Positions 61,995-64,000 of a DNA stretch of 64,000 bases are shown here, one piece after another. The stretch is from Macrostomum lignano. Taxonomy: Eukaryota. A program made the translations under genes and the position numbers. Below the pieces are notes generated by a model, which was not told the origin of the DNA, ran no database searches, and saw only the letters and a program-made list of their open reading frames with translations. Every line of letters begins with the position of its first letter. Position 1 is the stretch's first letter. The DNA is taken from NCBI GenBank assembly GCA_002269645.1, contig NIVC01001131.1:62001-126000 (forward strand), read 5' to 3'.

Positions 61995-62030
61995 CTAACC
62001 ATAACCCTAACCCTAACCATAACCCTAAAT
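61995..62030. repeat. Short (TAACCC)n-like run; a similar run lies at about 690-708
   Basis: CCATAACCCTAACCCTAACCATAACCCTAA. Confidence 0.6.
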
Positions 62031-62069
62031 GTAATATTTTGTACATGCGTTTTTGCATGATGCTTCTAT

Positions 62070-62270
62070 GATACTTTGCATGACGCTTCCATGATTTTTC
62101 ACATGACGCTTCCATGATTTTTACATAACGCTTCTATGATTTTTACATGACGCTTCTATGATTTTTACACAACGCTTCTATGATTTTTACATAACGCTTC
62201 TATGATTTTTTTACATGACGTTTCTATGATTTTTTACATGACGCTTCTATGATTTTTAACATGACGCTTC
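62070..62270. repeat. ~23-bp minisatellite (CATGACGCTTCTATGATTTTTTA)
   Basis: Direct reading. Confidence 0.85.
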
Positions 62271-63149
62271 AGTATCAGTCAGTATCAGTTAACAATATGG
62301 TTACGCAATCTAAATCAAGTCTGGTGCTACGCTTCCACACTGCATTTTCAATACTGTGACGCAATTCAAGTCGGAGTTACAATTCAGTTATGATGCAATC
62401 TATTTCAGAATCAGAATTCAACCAGTCAGTCTTTTCTCTAGCATTCTTACAATGCATTTCAAGTCGAAAATTTTGCTTGACCTTTGCAAAAAAGCACGTT
62501 TTTCGAATATTTAATCCCTTTAGCATCGAGCAATTTCTTAGCCACGATGCATGTACCGTCACGGAAAAATTTCTGATCGAACAGTGCAAGTTCGAAGAAA
62601 ATCTGTCCAGCCGTTCCGTCGGGAGAAAATCGATTTCGTGCAAGCAAGCAAGATTTTCATTTTTAGTATATTAGATTTAGTATATTTAATGGAAAAACTT
62701 TTTCATTTTTAGAATACTAGATTTTTATTATACCCCCCTTAATTGGTTACGCAAGTTAAATAGAGTATTTATCTGGGCAGTGGGGCGCAGTGAGTTTTCT
62801 CATCAGTTAGCGTCGATGCAATCATTAAAATTGGCTGTGAATTCTCTCGCTTCGCACAGGCTGATAAAATCTGCATTAAAAAAGCCCATTTAAAACAGTT
62901 TTTCGAATATTTAATCCCCTTAGCATTGAGCTAGAGCTTAATAAAATTACATGTACCGTCCCGGGCACATTTGACATCTTTTGGCGAAGAAACGGAAAAA
63001 ATCGGTTGAGCCTTTCGGGAGATAATCGATTTCGTACAAGCAAGCAATTTTTTCATTTTTAGTATATTCGACTAGCCAATTCCAACCCCCGTTGGGGCTT
63101 TCCGTCCAAACTCCAATCACAGTTTTCCCACGCAATAAAATTTCACCCC

Positions 63150-64000
63150 ACTGAATCCCCCGTCCAAAGAATCCCTCATCCAAAAAATCCCCCATCTATA
63201 AAATCTCTGATGCAAAGAATCTCACATGCAAAGAATTCTCTATCCAAAGAATCCGCCATCTAAAGAATCTCCATCGATAGAATCCACTCAATTCCCCACT
63301 CCACACAATCCACACAATTCCCCACTAAAGGAATCCTCCTAATCTGAAGAATTCCCCATCCAATGAATCGCCCATCCATAGAATCTCACATGCAAAGAAT
63401 CCTATATCCAAAGAATCCTCCATCCAAAGAACCCCCCATTGATAGAATCCTGATTCGAAGAATCCCCATCCAATGAATTTCCTATCCAAGGAATCCCCCA
63501 TACACAGAATCCCCATCCAAAGAATCTCAAATCCATCCCTATCCAAAGAATCCCCCCATCCTTCCATATCCAAAGAATCCCCATCCATCCCTATCCAAAA
63601 TATCCTCATCCATCCATATCCAAAGAATCCCAAATCCATCCCTATCTAAAGAATCCCCCCATCCATCCCTATCTAAAGAATCCTCCTATCCATCCCTATC
63701 CAGAAAAACCCGGCATCCATTCTTATCTAAAGAATCCCCCAATCCATCCATATCCAAAGAATCCCCATCTAAATAATCGACATCCAAATAATCCCCATCC
63801 ACAAAATCCCCATCTAAATAATCCAAAGATTCTCAAATCCAAATTATCCCTTATTTAAAAATCATTGACAAAATAATCCCCTCATCTAAAGAACCCCCGT
63901 CCAAATAATCCCAATCCAAAGAATCCAAAGAATCCCCCTCCAGAAAACCCCCCTCTAAAGAATCCACATTCAAATAATCCAACGAACCCCCCATCCAAAG
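63150..64000. repeat. Degenerate ATCCCCATCCAAAGA-type minisatellite, runs to the window end
   Basis: Direct reading. Confidence 0.85.

Overview
Eukaryotic (animal) genomic DNA. GC-rich exons are separated by introns and spacers packed with locus-specific minisatellites, a style that resembles the flatworm Macrostomum (inference only). Host genes: last exon of an ERp44-like gene (+); a two-exon LHFPL/TMEM211-like tetraspan gene (-); a seven-exon partial srGAP-like F-BAR/RhoGAP/SH3 gene (-); two exons of a secreted protein with a fucolectin/FTP-like motif (+). Mobile DNA: a full-length Mag-like Ty3/gypsy LTR retrotransposon (57265-61802) and several MITEs. The most notable element is an 8.8 kb Polinton/Maverick-related unit (45544-54366). 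It has a perfect 6-bp TSD (GATATA), ~1.3-1.4 kb terminal inverted repeats with ACTACT...AGTAGT ends, and only two divergently transcribed genes. One is an intact 1269-aa protein-primed family-B DNA polymerase split by six GT-AG spliceosomal introns, three of which fall inside polymerase motifs A, B and C. The other is a small tandem PC4-like putative ssDNA-binding protein. There is no room for integrase, capsid, packaging ATPase or protease genes. All exon boundaries were assembled by hand from splice consensus and phase; no database searches were run.
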